From Candidatus Saccharimonadota bacterium (lineage in GTDB: Bacteria > Patescibacteriota > Saccharimonadia > Saccharimonadales > UBA10212): a stretch of DNA of 64,000 nt. Location: contig JALHRM010000001.1 of the NCBI GenBank assembly GCA_022841445.1, positions 259,777-323,776 of the forward strand. Reading direction: 5' to 3'. The position numbers were made by a program, and so were the translations under genes. A model generated the notes under the pieces. It saw only the letters and a list, made by a program, of their open reading frames with translations, had not been told where the DNA came from and ran no database searches. Below, one piece after another: positions 26,211-34,349 of the stretch (positions are counted from its first letter, which is position 1; every line of letters starts with the position of its first letter).

Positions 26211-27935
26211 CTAGCTGCCAAACGTAAACGCATTAACCGTTACTCCGCTCGGAAACGTTAGTGTTAGTGTTGAGCCGTCTAAGAATGAATCTGCATTTAT
26301 AATTTTATATAATCTGGCGGAATCAATTGTTATGGTACCGTCACTGCCTACATCTTTCCCGCTAAGTACTCCTGGCTTGTCGTCGATACTCACTCTTACT
26401 TTTAAGCCCGCTTCTCCGTCCATGACTAAGTACACTTCTTTGGCCGAATACCTGAACCTGAGCGTTGAACCATCGGCGTTACTAGTTGATGATTCTTTGC
26501 CGATAGTCCAAGTGCCGCCGAGTGACCATTCATGATTCTTTAGATTATTCTTGAGTAAATAATTAACGGATTTATCAGCTTCAAATTCGTTTATGTTGGC
26601 GAACCGTTCTCCGCGGCTGTAGCTCAGATAAGTCTCATGCGTTTGCTTGCGACTAACTAGTGAATTTTGTCCGTTTTTGGTAATTTTTTCGCTAACTGTT
26701 TTACCTGCTTCCTTGAGCAGTATTTGAATCGCCTCTTCAGTTTCTGCATACTCACCTTCTCCAAAGTGCGTGTAGCGAACAGCACCTTCTTTATCAATTA
26801 GGTATTTGGCTGGCCAAAAGCGGTTGTCGTACGCCTGCCAAGTTGCAAAATCGTTGTCCAACCCAACCGGATATTTGATTTTTGCATCATCGACTGCGTC
26901 TTGAACATTTTTAGTTACTTTCTCGAATGCGAATTCTGGTGCATGTACACCGAGAATTACAAGGCCTTTGTCGCTGTATTTATTGTGCCAGTCGTTGAGA
27001 TACGGTTGTGTTCGCTGACAGTTGATGCAAGAGTACGTCCAGAAATCAATGAGCACTACCTTGCCTTTTAGCTTTTGCAGTGTTTCGCCATCGGAGTTAA
27101 TCCAATTTTGTATGCTGCGTAGCTCAGGTGCTTGGTATGGCTGATCAATATTTAACACAGTACTGTCGCCCTCTTTCTTCGGGGATGACCGATTAGAATC
27201 TTCTTTGAGGAGCAATCTTTGCTCGATGTCGGTAACGTCAAACGGTAGTTTTTCTATCACAAATGTTTGGAATTTTTTATCATAACCTGTGATGATCATC
27301 AGCCCGACAGCGATAAGCAGTATTGCTAATGCCCGGTTAAACCATCCGGTAGGCGAAATTACCCAGCCGAGTTTACTAATTAGCCGTCTCCCGCCGAGCG
27401 AAATAGCAAGCAGAGCAAGTCCCAAGCCAAGCGCAAAAGCAATTATGTAAACAAGCCCAAGCGCTAAATTGACCGGTAAAACAGTTGCTAGCACTAGTGC
27501 ATACACGGGACTACAGCTGGCAAATACTGGCCCAAGCGCTGCACCGGTCATGATCTGGCCTATAAGTCCGGAATTTTTATTAGCCCGAGCCAAGAATTTG
27601 TTCGAGGTGTGTTCTAGTCCTGTGCCTGCACTTACTCGAACCCACAAACTAGGGAACAGTAAACTTATGCCAAGTAATATGACAATGCCACCCGAAACAT
27701 AGAGCCAAAACTGCGGATCAACGCCTATCAGCGCAGTCGTAGCCTTGAGTAGTACGGTAAACAGGATGACCGAAACAACCAAGCTGGCGGTGATGATGTA
27801 GGGCTTTTTGCGGTCAAACTTCTTGTCCGTACCGGGGATTACAGAATTACCGACAATAACTGGCAATAGCGTGATCATGCAAGGAGCCAGAGACGTCAAC
27901 ATACCGGCGATAAACGATGAAAGCAGTAAAAGCAT
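26211..27935 (-). CDS. dipZ: DipZ-type protein (CcdA/DsbD TM domain + thioredoxin + C-terminal beta domain)
   Basis: LAPC...LPV and FASCSP TM domain; IDFWTYSCINC, GVHAPEFAFEK, HFGEGEY, AFTFG. Confidence 0.9.
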   Translation of the reverse strand: MLLLLSSFIAGMLTSLAPCMITLLPVIVGNSVIPGTDKKFDRKKPYIITASLVVSVILFTVLLKATTALIGVDPQFWLYVSGGIVILLGISLLFPSLWVRVSAGTGLEHTSNKFLARANKNSGLIGQIMTGAALGPVFASCSPVYALVLATVLPVNLALGLVYIIAFALGLGLALLAISLGGRRLISKLGWVISPTGWFNRALAILLIAVGLMIITGYDKKFQTFVIEKLPFDVTDIEQRLLLKEDSNRSSPKKEGDSTVLNIDQPYQAPELRSIQNWINSDGETLQKLKGKVVLIDFWTYSCINCQRTQPYLNDWHNKYSDKGLVILGVHAPEFAFEKVTKNVQDAVDDAKIKYPVGLDNDFATWQAYDNRFWPAKYLIDKEGAVRYTHFGEGEYAETEEAIQILLKEAGKTVSEKITKNGQNSLVSRKQTHETYLSYSRGERFANINEFEADKSVNYLLKNNLKNHEWSLGGTWTIGKESSTSNADGSTLRFRYSAKEVYLVMDGEAGLKVRVSIDDKPGVLSGKDVGSDGTITIDSARLYKIINADSFLDGSTLTLTFPSGVTVNAFTFGS

Positions 27936-27954
27936 TTTTATTAGTTTAAGCGAG

Positions 27955-28479
27955 CTAGTTCAGCTGCGTTTTAAGCTCATCGTAACTGTAGCTGCCGTTC
28001 CATTGCTTCAGTTCGTTGCCATCTTTGTCTACTTGCACAAAAGTATGTTGAATTGTCACGCCATATTTTTGCTTGAGTTCTGTTGAATCGTCGTAGTCAA
28101 CTTTAAGCAAAGTCAGACCATCTGGTGTTGATGAGCTGGTAAAATTCTTTTCAGACTCCTGACACTTAGGGCACCAGCTAGCGTGGAAGAACAGTACAAC
28201 ATCGCCCTTTTCGGCATTGGCTAGTTTCGCTTGATCGTAGGCAGTATAACTGCCTTTTACACTCATGGCATCACCGGCTTTTTCCATGGCGTCATCTTCT
28301 TTTGCCATTTTATCCTTTTCCATCGCCTCTCTTTCCATGGCAGCAGTTTCATTCTTCTTTTCCATGGCCATGCGCTCAGCTTCAGCATTTTCGTTATTAG
28401 TTGATTGACTGAATGCAAATGCACCTCCCGCTAAAACGACAACAGCAATTATTGCTGCAACGATATAGTTCTTGTTCAT
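27955..28479 (-). CDS. Membrane-anchored thioredoxin-family protein with a Met-rich linker
   Basis: N-terminal TM, AMEK/AMER repeats, FFHASWCPKC; start set at MNKNY (AAGGAG RBS). Confidence 0.88.
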   Translation of the reverse strand: MNKNYIVAAIIAVVVLAGGAFAFSQSTNNENAEAERMAMEKKNETAAMEREAMEKDKMAKEDDAMEKAGDAMSVKGSYTAYDQAKLANAEKGDVVLFFHASWCPKCQESEKNFTSSSTPDGLTLLKVDYDDSTELKQKYGVTIQHTFVQVDKDGNELKQWNGSYSYDELKTQLN

Positions 28480-28562
28480 TGTTTCATGCTCCTTAGTTAT
28501 TACCACTAACAGCATAGCGGCACGGCCGCGTTAATGTCAAGTCAACTTAACATTTTATGAAA

Positions 28563-28940
28563 TTACTTTACGATATATTTACCTAATAACTTAGCGAGTA
28601 TCATTACCATTAGGGCAACGATAAGCAGTGTTGGGTGTTCGTGTCTTATCGTCTGCACAACTACAGCAATTGACAAAAATATTGCTCCAGCAAGGAACCC
28701 CAGTCGATCCGCTGCTAGCACTATTTGCGTTTCTCGTTCATCCCTTGGCTGCTCTCTCCATACCAACACCGCAAAAAGTGCAAAGGCTGCTATGAATAAA
28801 CCTATTGCTAGCATGACTATTGAGCTGGGCATAAACGGGGATATCAGGTCAGAACAGAGTATAAGGGATGTTATTACTAAAATACCTATGATTAACGCGC
28901 TGTTGTTATTGTCATGTGATAAGAAATTTTTCATAACCAA
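28563..28940 (-). CDS. Membrane protein (DERE motif; typical partner of an XRE regulator)
   Basis: Four TMs with WREQPRDERE; overlaps the upstream HTH gene. Confidence 0.75.
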   Translation of the reverse strand: MVMKNFLSHDNNNSALIIGILVITSLILCSDLISPFMPSSIVMLAIGLFIAAFALFAVLVWREQPRDERETQIVLAADRLGFLAGAIFLSIAVVVQTIRHEHPTLLIVALMVMILAKLLGKYIVK

Positions 28941-29143
28941 AATAGCTCCCCTATCGGCACTTTTAGTACTTGTGCTAATTTTAATGCAAGCAATACGCTC
29001 GGCGTATAATTACCCTTTTCAATAGCTATAACCGTCTGCCGTGTAATGCCAACTTTCAGCGCTAATTCTTCTTGCGTCAAACCGGTAGTCTTGCGGTGTT
29101 TGCTTACCGAATTCTTTGGTGTTTCAGTTATTTTGATAAACAT
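28931..29143 (-). CDS. XRE-family HTH transcriptional regulator
   Basis: LTQEELALKVGITRQTVIAIEKGNYTPSVLLALKLA. Confidence 0.92.
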   Translation of the reverse strand: MFIKITETPKNSVSKHRKTTGLTQEELALKVGITRQTVIAIEKGNYTPSVLLALKLAQVLKVPIGELFWL

Positions 29144-29315
29144 AATGTATAGCCAACTTTACAAAGTAATTATCGTCGTTTACTGGAATTGTGTCAATAC
29201 ACACGTAATATTGTAATTATTGTAAGAATCTATACAGCTATTGCTTATGTGTGGCAATATAGTAAGCGTAACCTGCTTTAGTAGGTGAAGTATTAACACG
29301 TAATCGGGGGTATGT

Positions 29316-30437
29316 ATGGTAAAGAAGTATATTCGATATGGAGCAGCTGGAGCTACATCGTTAGTTATGGTGGCATTTGGGTTTGGAGGTGTTGCATCTG
29401 CCGCTAGCATAAGTATGACCGGCCCAGGATCAACTAACTACATTAGCGGCGGTCACTCAGGATCAATCTATTTGACCGGCCCCGGCTCTACAAATGTCAT
29501 CCGTGGTGGCTATGGCGGCGGAAGTATCCACACTACCGGTCCCGGTTCAACTAATTACGTGAGTAGTGGCCATGGTTACTCCAAGTACAAAAAAGTTAAC
29601 TATGTAAAGTACGACTACGCTTGTGAGTCAGGCAATTCACACAAGTGGAGTGACAAATCTAAATGGCACACCGATTGTTGTGATGTCTATAACCAAGGCA
29701 GTTGGTATAGCTGGAACAGCCACAAGTACGCCTGCCAAGACCACTCATCTCACGAAGCTAAAGACTGCGGGTATCACCACGTCAAGGCTAACTCATGGGT
29801 GAATCACGGCTATAAAAAAGTCAGCCATCACTACGACTACGACCATGATCGTGACTACAAAAAAGATGATCACAAAGTCAAATGGTCGGTGAAGCACGAC
29901 TACGATCATAAACAGAAAAATCACCACGATGACAAGAAGGACTATCGTGATCACAACAACTATAACAAGCACGACAACAACGATGATCACAAAGACTATA
30001 GCCGAAACCACGACTACAAGCCGTCGCATGGCTCAAGCCACGGCTATAGTGTCGACAACGACAATGACGTGAAGGTTCGTAATAATACTTCTCAGTCAGC
30101 AGTAACTGGTGATGCAAAAGTTTACGGTAACACCCACGGCGGCAACGCCACATCCGGCGATGCAACTAATGAAGCAGAAACTAGCACGAACGTAAATATT
30201 TCAAATCACTATGGCTCAAACACGACTTCTTCACACGAAGATGACGATGCAAATCACCACAGCAAGAGCTATTACTCACACGAAAACAACAACAATGTAA
30301 GTGTCAGCAATAACACTTCACAGTATGCTCGTAGTGGTAATGCAACTGTCAGCCACAACACTCACGGTGGCAACGCTACATCTGGCAACGCCAGTAATTA
30401 CAGCAGCACATCCACGTCGGTAAGTATCGATAACTAG
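29316..30437 (+). CDS. Secreted repeat protein with a His/Asp/Lys/Tyr-rich core
   Basis: Signal peptide ending ASA, three TGPGSTN repeats, His-rich centre, two NNTSQ.A..G.A.V..NTHGGNATSG.A.N repeats. Confidence 0.82.
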   Translation: MVKKYIRYGAAGATSLVMVAFGFGGVASAASISMTGPGSTNYISGGHSGSIYLTGPGSTNVIRGGYGGGSIHTTGPGSTNYVSSGHGYSKYKKVNYVKYDYACESGNSHKWSDKSKWHTDCCDVYNQGSWYSWNSHKYACQDHSSHEAKDCGYHHVKANSWVNHGYKKVSHHYDYDHDRDYKKDDHKVKWSVKHDYDHKQKNHHDDKKDYRDHNNYNKHDNNDDHKDYSRNHDYKPSHGSSHGYSVDNDNDVKVRNNTSQSAVTGDAKVYGNTHGGNATSGDATNEAETSTNVNISNHYGSNTTSSHEDDDANHHSKSYYSHENNNNVSVSNNTSQYARSGNATVSHNTHGGNATSGNASNYSSTSTSVSIDN

Positions 30438-30453
30438 TAGTAGAGTGTAGTAC

Positions 30454-30489
30454 AGTAGGATTGGTCGTAATATAGCGACCAATCCTACT
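30454..30489 (+). terminator. Perfect 14-bp hairpin after the His-rich gene (terminator/stabiliser)
   Basis: AGTAGGATTGGTCG-TAATATAG-CGACCAATCCTACT, with only a weak T tail. Confidence 0.6.
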
Positions 30490-30519
30490 ATTTGTAGGTA
30501 AAGATATATGGAGAGCAAC

Positions 30520-30573
30520 ATGTCGAAAGACAAAGGCCGAAAAGAAAAGAAAAAACCCAAGAAACAAGCCTAG
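30520..30573 (+). CDS. Lys-rich 17-aa microprotein MSKDKGRKEKKKPKKQA (not in the ORF track)
   Basis: GGAGAG RBS just before the ATG; fills the intergenic gap cleanly. Confidence 0.5.
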   Translation: MSKDKGRKEKKKPKKQA

Positions 30574-30603
30574 TTTCAAAATAAGTGGCGTTATAATGTT
30601 TTT

Positions 30604-31422
30604 ATGAGGGTAGAAGTACGGGGCGTGCAAAGCCAGTCATGGCGAGGACTAAGTCCCCTACTCTATGTCATAGTTTTTTCACTGCTTGGCCTGGCGTTTT
30701 CAGTTTCAACATATTTGAGCAGCCAACATATTTTATTATCTGAACAAAGTCTTGTTCCAAAGATCCAAGCAGAAGCGGTGAATAGTACTTGGCACGAGCC
30801 CCTTCCACTACTACCCGACATCGTGATTACAAGTATAAAACCAGGTATTAGTGCACCGGTGGTGTCACATATTCCCACAAATCAACCAGTAGTGTTTTTG
30901 GGTATTGATGACGGCTGGGATCATTTGCCCGAAGCAAAAGAATGGTTTGCTGCAACCCAGCTGCCAATAAGCTTTTTCTTGACGCATGACGCTGTAAAGG
31001 GCAATCAACAGTACTTTAGAGATTTACAAAGCGGTGGGTTGAACATCCAAAATCATACCGTCAACCATCCGCACTTGCCAGACTTAACGCGCGATCAGCA
31101 AAAAGCCGAAATTTGCGGAGCTTCAAATCAGTTTGCGGCCGACTACGGAAAACAGCCAACACTATTCAGGCCACCTTATGGTCAGTATAATGAGGATACT
31201 TATTCGGTGGTTGCTGAGTGCGGGATGAAAGCCATCGTCACATGGATGGCATATGTTGAAGACGGCAAGATGCACTACCATAAAGGCGTCGACAAGCTCA
31301 ACCCGGGTGACATCGTGCTCATGCACCTAAAAGGTAGCTTTATGCAAGACATTCAGGTCTTTATGGACGAAGCCAACAAACAAGGCCTCACCGTCGCAAA
31401 CCTCGAAGACTGGCTCAAATAA
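30604..31422 (+). CDS. Polysaccharide deacetylase (NodB/CE4), membrane-anchored
   Basis: GIDDG, NHTVNH, FRPPYG, GDIVLMH motifs; N-terminal TM. Confidence 0.9.
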   Translation: MRVEVRGVQSQSWRGLSPLLYVIVFSLLGLAFSVSTYLSSQHILLSEQSLVPKIQAEAVNSTWHEPLPLLPDIVITSIKPGISAPVVSHIPTNQPVVFLGIDDGWDHLPEAKEWFAATQLPISFFLTHDAVKGNQQYFRDLQSGGLNIQNHTVNHPHLPDLTRDQQKAEICGASNQFAADYGKQPTLFRPPYGQYNEDTYSVVAECGMKAIVTWMAYVEDGKMHYHKGVDKLNPGDIVLMHLKGSFMQDIQVFMDEANKQGLTVANLEDWLK

Positions 31423-31466
31423 TCAAACAAGATTAGCGCAGATCATCTATAATTACGAATTATTAT

Positions 31467-31556
31467 GGAAGAGTGCAGGAGTGGTTTAACTGGCTTGTCT
31501 CGAAAACAAGTGTGCCGGCAACGGTACCGAGGGTTCGAATCCCTCCTCTTCCGCCA
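31467..31556 (+). tRNA. tRNA-Ser(CGA)
   Basis: Anticodon arm CTTGT-CT-CGA-AA-ACAAG, long variable arm, T-arm and CCA. Confidence 0.95.
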
Positions 31557-31641
31557 TTATTGACGAATAATCAACTAAATGTTAAATTAATAGATAACGT
31601 AGTTGAGGTGAGCATGCGAACAGCATGTTCTTTTCATAATA

Positions 31642-32157
31642 ATGAGCATGAATCCAAACCAGTCAGGACGTCCGTTAGATGGGGATAGTCTGTCAAAGTA
31701 TCTGCCGACACGTCCGGGTGAAGCAACAGATTCTATTTCTGCCGCAGGAGGAGTGCTTCATGTCTTTTTTGAAGGAGCAAAATCCCCTCAAGACATGATT
31801 CTGAAGACTCCGTTACATATTTGTATGAATAAAGAGTGCTGCCAACCCAGCGTAGTGAGGCATCCGGCGATTTATCGAATTAACGGTGACATGGACGAGG
31901 TGTCTGTATATCTTCGGTGTGTGAACTGTGACACGCGGTATTCGCGCGTTTGTAGCCCAGGAGAAGTTTTCGAATTGGATGAACGAATTGCAGAGGCACA
32001 GCGAGGACTAGAACAAACGATAGAGAGAGTTGCACGAGAAAACATGGCCTTAGACGTAGAGAATTTAATATCGGCTCTTGATAAGGAGCTAGTTGGTCCG
32101 GATGATTTTGCTACTCCAAGAACGTCTTGGGTCGATATGCAGCCACCAATTAACTAG
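31642..32157 (+). CDS. Hypothetical protein with a putative Zn ribbon (CxxxxC...CxxC) and C-terminal helix
   Basis: LHICMNKECC...LRCVNCD; ends RENMALDVENLISALDKELVGPDDF; own TTGACG-17-TAAATT promoter. Confidence 0.7.
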   Translation: MSMNPNQSGRPLDGDSLSKYLPTRPGEATDSISAAGGVLHVFFEGAKSPQDMILKTPLHICMNKECCQPSVVRHPAIYRINGDMDEVSVYLRCVNCDTRYSRVCSPGEVFELDERIAEAQRGLEQTIERVARENMALDVENLISALDKELVGPDDFATPRTSWVDMQPPIN

Positions 32158-32184
32158 CCAAGCTGCGGTTGATATAATTGTTAC

Positions 32185-32817
32185 ATGAAGGTAACAAAAC
32201 TCCCGCAGTCAGGGCTTTTGCTTGAAAAAGATGGGCAACGCATTGTTTTTGACCCGGTCAGATTCCTTGGTTTTGATCTTGAGGTTGAATCACTAAACTC
32301 GCCTCAAGCAGTTATTTACACTCACAGTCATCCTGATCACCTCAATATCAAGATAGCAACCGCGCTTCAAGAAAACGGTTCCCTGCTCTATGGCAATGAC
32401 GACGTTATCGAAAAAGCTGATGGCATCGCGATTGAACCATTCAGTACTGGTGATGTAAAAAACCTAGCCGGCTTTGAGCTGAAGTCATACTACCTTGAAC
32501 ATTGCTTGATGGTGGATGGGTCTAAAGCGACCGTGCCGAATAATGGCTATATCATTGACGGCAAATTACTTATCCCCGGCGACAGCACTGAATCAACTGG
32601 TCAAGAGCTCGAGGTTGTGGCGGTGCCGATCTTTGGGCCGGATGTGAGTTTTCATGATGCCTACCGCCTAGCGATGAACCATAAAGCCAAAAAAGTCATA
32701 CCGATCCATAATGATATTGTTGGCTTACACCCGGAAGCGTTTGCCCGTTTTTGCGCCTACTTCAAAGTGCCTTTTGAGGTAATCCCCATTCACATCGGCG
32801 AATCTACCGAAATTTAG
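32185..32817 (+). CDS. MBL-fold metallo-hydrolase
   Basis: THSHPDH, PGDS, VIPIHND. Confidence 0.88.
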   Translation: MKVTKLPQSGLLLEKDGQRIVFDPVRFLGFDLEVESLNSPQAVIYTHSHPDHLNIKIATALQENGSLLYGNDDVIEKADGIAIEPFSTGDVKNLAGFELKSYYLEHCLMVDGSKATVPNNGYIIDGKLLIPGDSTESTGQELEVVAVPIFGPDVSFHDAYRLAMNHKAKKVIPIHNDIVGLHPEAFARFCAYFKVPFEVIPIHIGESTEI

Positions 32818-32864
32818 TAGTATCTACCCTGCCCTAAACCTGAGCTTTTTGCTACTATTAGCAC

Positions 32865-33041
32865 ATGAGTAATTTTGTTGTAAGTCTTATTGCTGCGGTT
32901 GGCATCAGCGCCTGGTTGTACAACAGAGTACAGCGCTACAATGGCGGCCAAACCAAACAGTCCATAACTGTTGCGGGTATTTGCGCAGTGCTATTGTTTT
33001 TGGTGATTTTCACGGCAATGAACATCTTTTTCGGAAGTTAA
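32865..33041 (+). CDS. 58-aa two-TM membrane protein (not in the ORF track)
   Basis: MSNFVVSLIAAVGISAWLYNRVQRYNGGQTKQSITVAGICAVLLFLVIFTAMNIFFGS; extended -10 (TGcTACTAT) 6 nt before the ATG; 6 nt upstream of the HIT gene. Confidence 0.75.
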   Translation: MSNFVVSLIAAVGISAWLYNRVQRYNGGQTKQSITVAGICAVLLFLVIFTAMNIFFGS

Positions 33042-33047
33042 ATCACG

Positions 33048-33440
33048 GTGCCGTCAATCTTCACAAAAATCATCAACGGAGAGGTTCCTTCCTACAAGAT
33101 TTTTGAAGATGAGCGGACATATGCCTTTTTGGACATTCACCCTATTCAACAAGGGCAAGTATTAGTAGTACCGAAAGTTGAGTTAGACCACATATGGGAT
33201 TTGGGAGCCGATGACTATCAGGCACTTTGGTCTACGGTTCAAAAAGTTGGGAAGCGATTGCGAGAAGTATTCCCTGATGTCAAAAGAGTTGGCGTGATTG
33301 TCGAAGGTTTTGATGTGCCACATGTGCATGTCAAAGTTTTTCCTGTCAATTCCGGGGATGAACTTAGGCAAAGACCTGACATGACGGCAGACCCAGACCA
33401 CGCAGAGCTAAAAAGTATAGCTGAAAAACTAGCCTTTTAG
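33048..33440 (+). CDS. HIT-family nucleotide hydrolase
   Basis: SIFTKIINGE, AFLDIHP, HVHVK histidine-triad variant. Confidence 0.9.
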   Translation: MPSIFTKIINGEVPSYKIFEDERTYAFLDIHPIQQGQVLVVPKVELDHIWDLGADDYQALWSTVQKVGKRLREVFPDVKRVGVIVEGFDVPHVHVKVFPVNSGDELRQRPDMTADPDHAELKSIAEKLAF

Positions 33441-33491
33441 TATTAGTCTGCTAGGCGTTTTTACATATATCTGGTACTATGTGGCTATAAG

Positions 33492-34349
33492 GTGGAGTAT
33501 AATTTGAACGAAAAAGAACTCGGTAAGCGACTACAAGTTGCTCGCCAAAAGGCCGGTTTAACACAGCAAGAACTTTGCGCCAAAGCTAGTTTGTCCATAT
33601 CAACCTTGGCTAAAATTGAGCGAGGCGCAATAAAAGCGCCGTCGATTTTCACTGTGTCGGCGATTGCCTCAGCCGTGCAAGTCCCCCTCCAAGACCTAAT
33701 CGGTCGACCGGGAATTTTACCATCCAAAAGTGTTCCTAAGAAGCAGTCAAAAACAGGGGTTCGATTCGTGTTTTTCGACGTCAACGGAGTAATGATACGC
33801 TTTTTCCATCGGGCGTTTGCTAAGATTGCCGAAGCCACAAACGTACCCGCCGACATCATCGAAACAGCTTTTTGGCATTATAACGATGCCGCTTGTTCTG
33901 GAGAACTGTCGGTCGCAGAGTTCGATCGACTATTTGCTGACAAAGTAGGAGTGAAACATATTGATTGGGAATCTTACTATTTCGAAAATATTGAGTCAAT
34001 AACCGACATGCATGATGTAGCAAAATGGGCATCCGAACATTATCGCATTGGGCTACTGACTAATATCATGCCGGGGTTCCTAGACAGGTTAATCAAAGAA
34101 GGGTTTGTTCCCAACTTAGACTACGAAGTCATTGGTGATTCTTCTGTGGTGGGTGCAGTAAAGCCACAGTCTCGAATATTTGAATACGGACAGGCCGCAG
34201 TTAATTTGCCTCCAAATGAAATACTACTTGTTGATGATAGTCGTGGAGTTGTGACGGCTGCCGGTCATGCTGGTTGGCGGGTGCTGTGGTTTGATGACTA
34301 CTCACCAATAGAGGGCGCCGAACGAGTTCGTGTCGCGCTTGAGTTCTAG
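33492..34349 (+). CDS. XRE-HTH / HAD-superfamily phosphatase fusion
   Basis: LTQQEL...STLAKIERG HTH; FFDVNGV, LLTN, KP, LVDD HAD motifs. Confidence 0.85.
   Translation: MEYNLNEKELGKRLQVARQKAGLTQQELCAKASLSISTLAKIERGAIKAPSIFTVSAIASAVQVPLQDLIGRPGILPSKSVPKKQSKTGVRFVFFDVNGVMIRFFHRAFAKIAEATNVPADIIETAFWHYNDAACSGELSVAEFDRLFADKVGVKHIDWESYYFENIESITDMHDVAKWASEHYRIGLLTNIMPGFLDRLIKEGFVPNLDYEVIGDSSVVGAVKPQSRIFEYGQAAVNLPPNEILLVDDSRGVVTAAGHAGWRVLWFDDYSPIEGAERVRVALEF

Noticed and set aside
29316..30437. Tandem DNA repeat/VNTR or ice-nucleation protein
   Set aside because: Repeats are degenerate at the DNA level and lack the AGYGST octapeptide periodicity.
25329..31466. Genomic island between tRNA-Arg and tRNA-Ser(CGA)
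   Set aside because: Accessory-looking content, but no distal att duplication or mobility gene seen.
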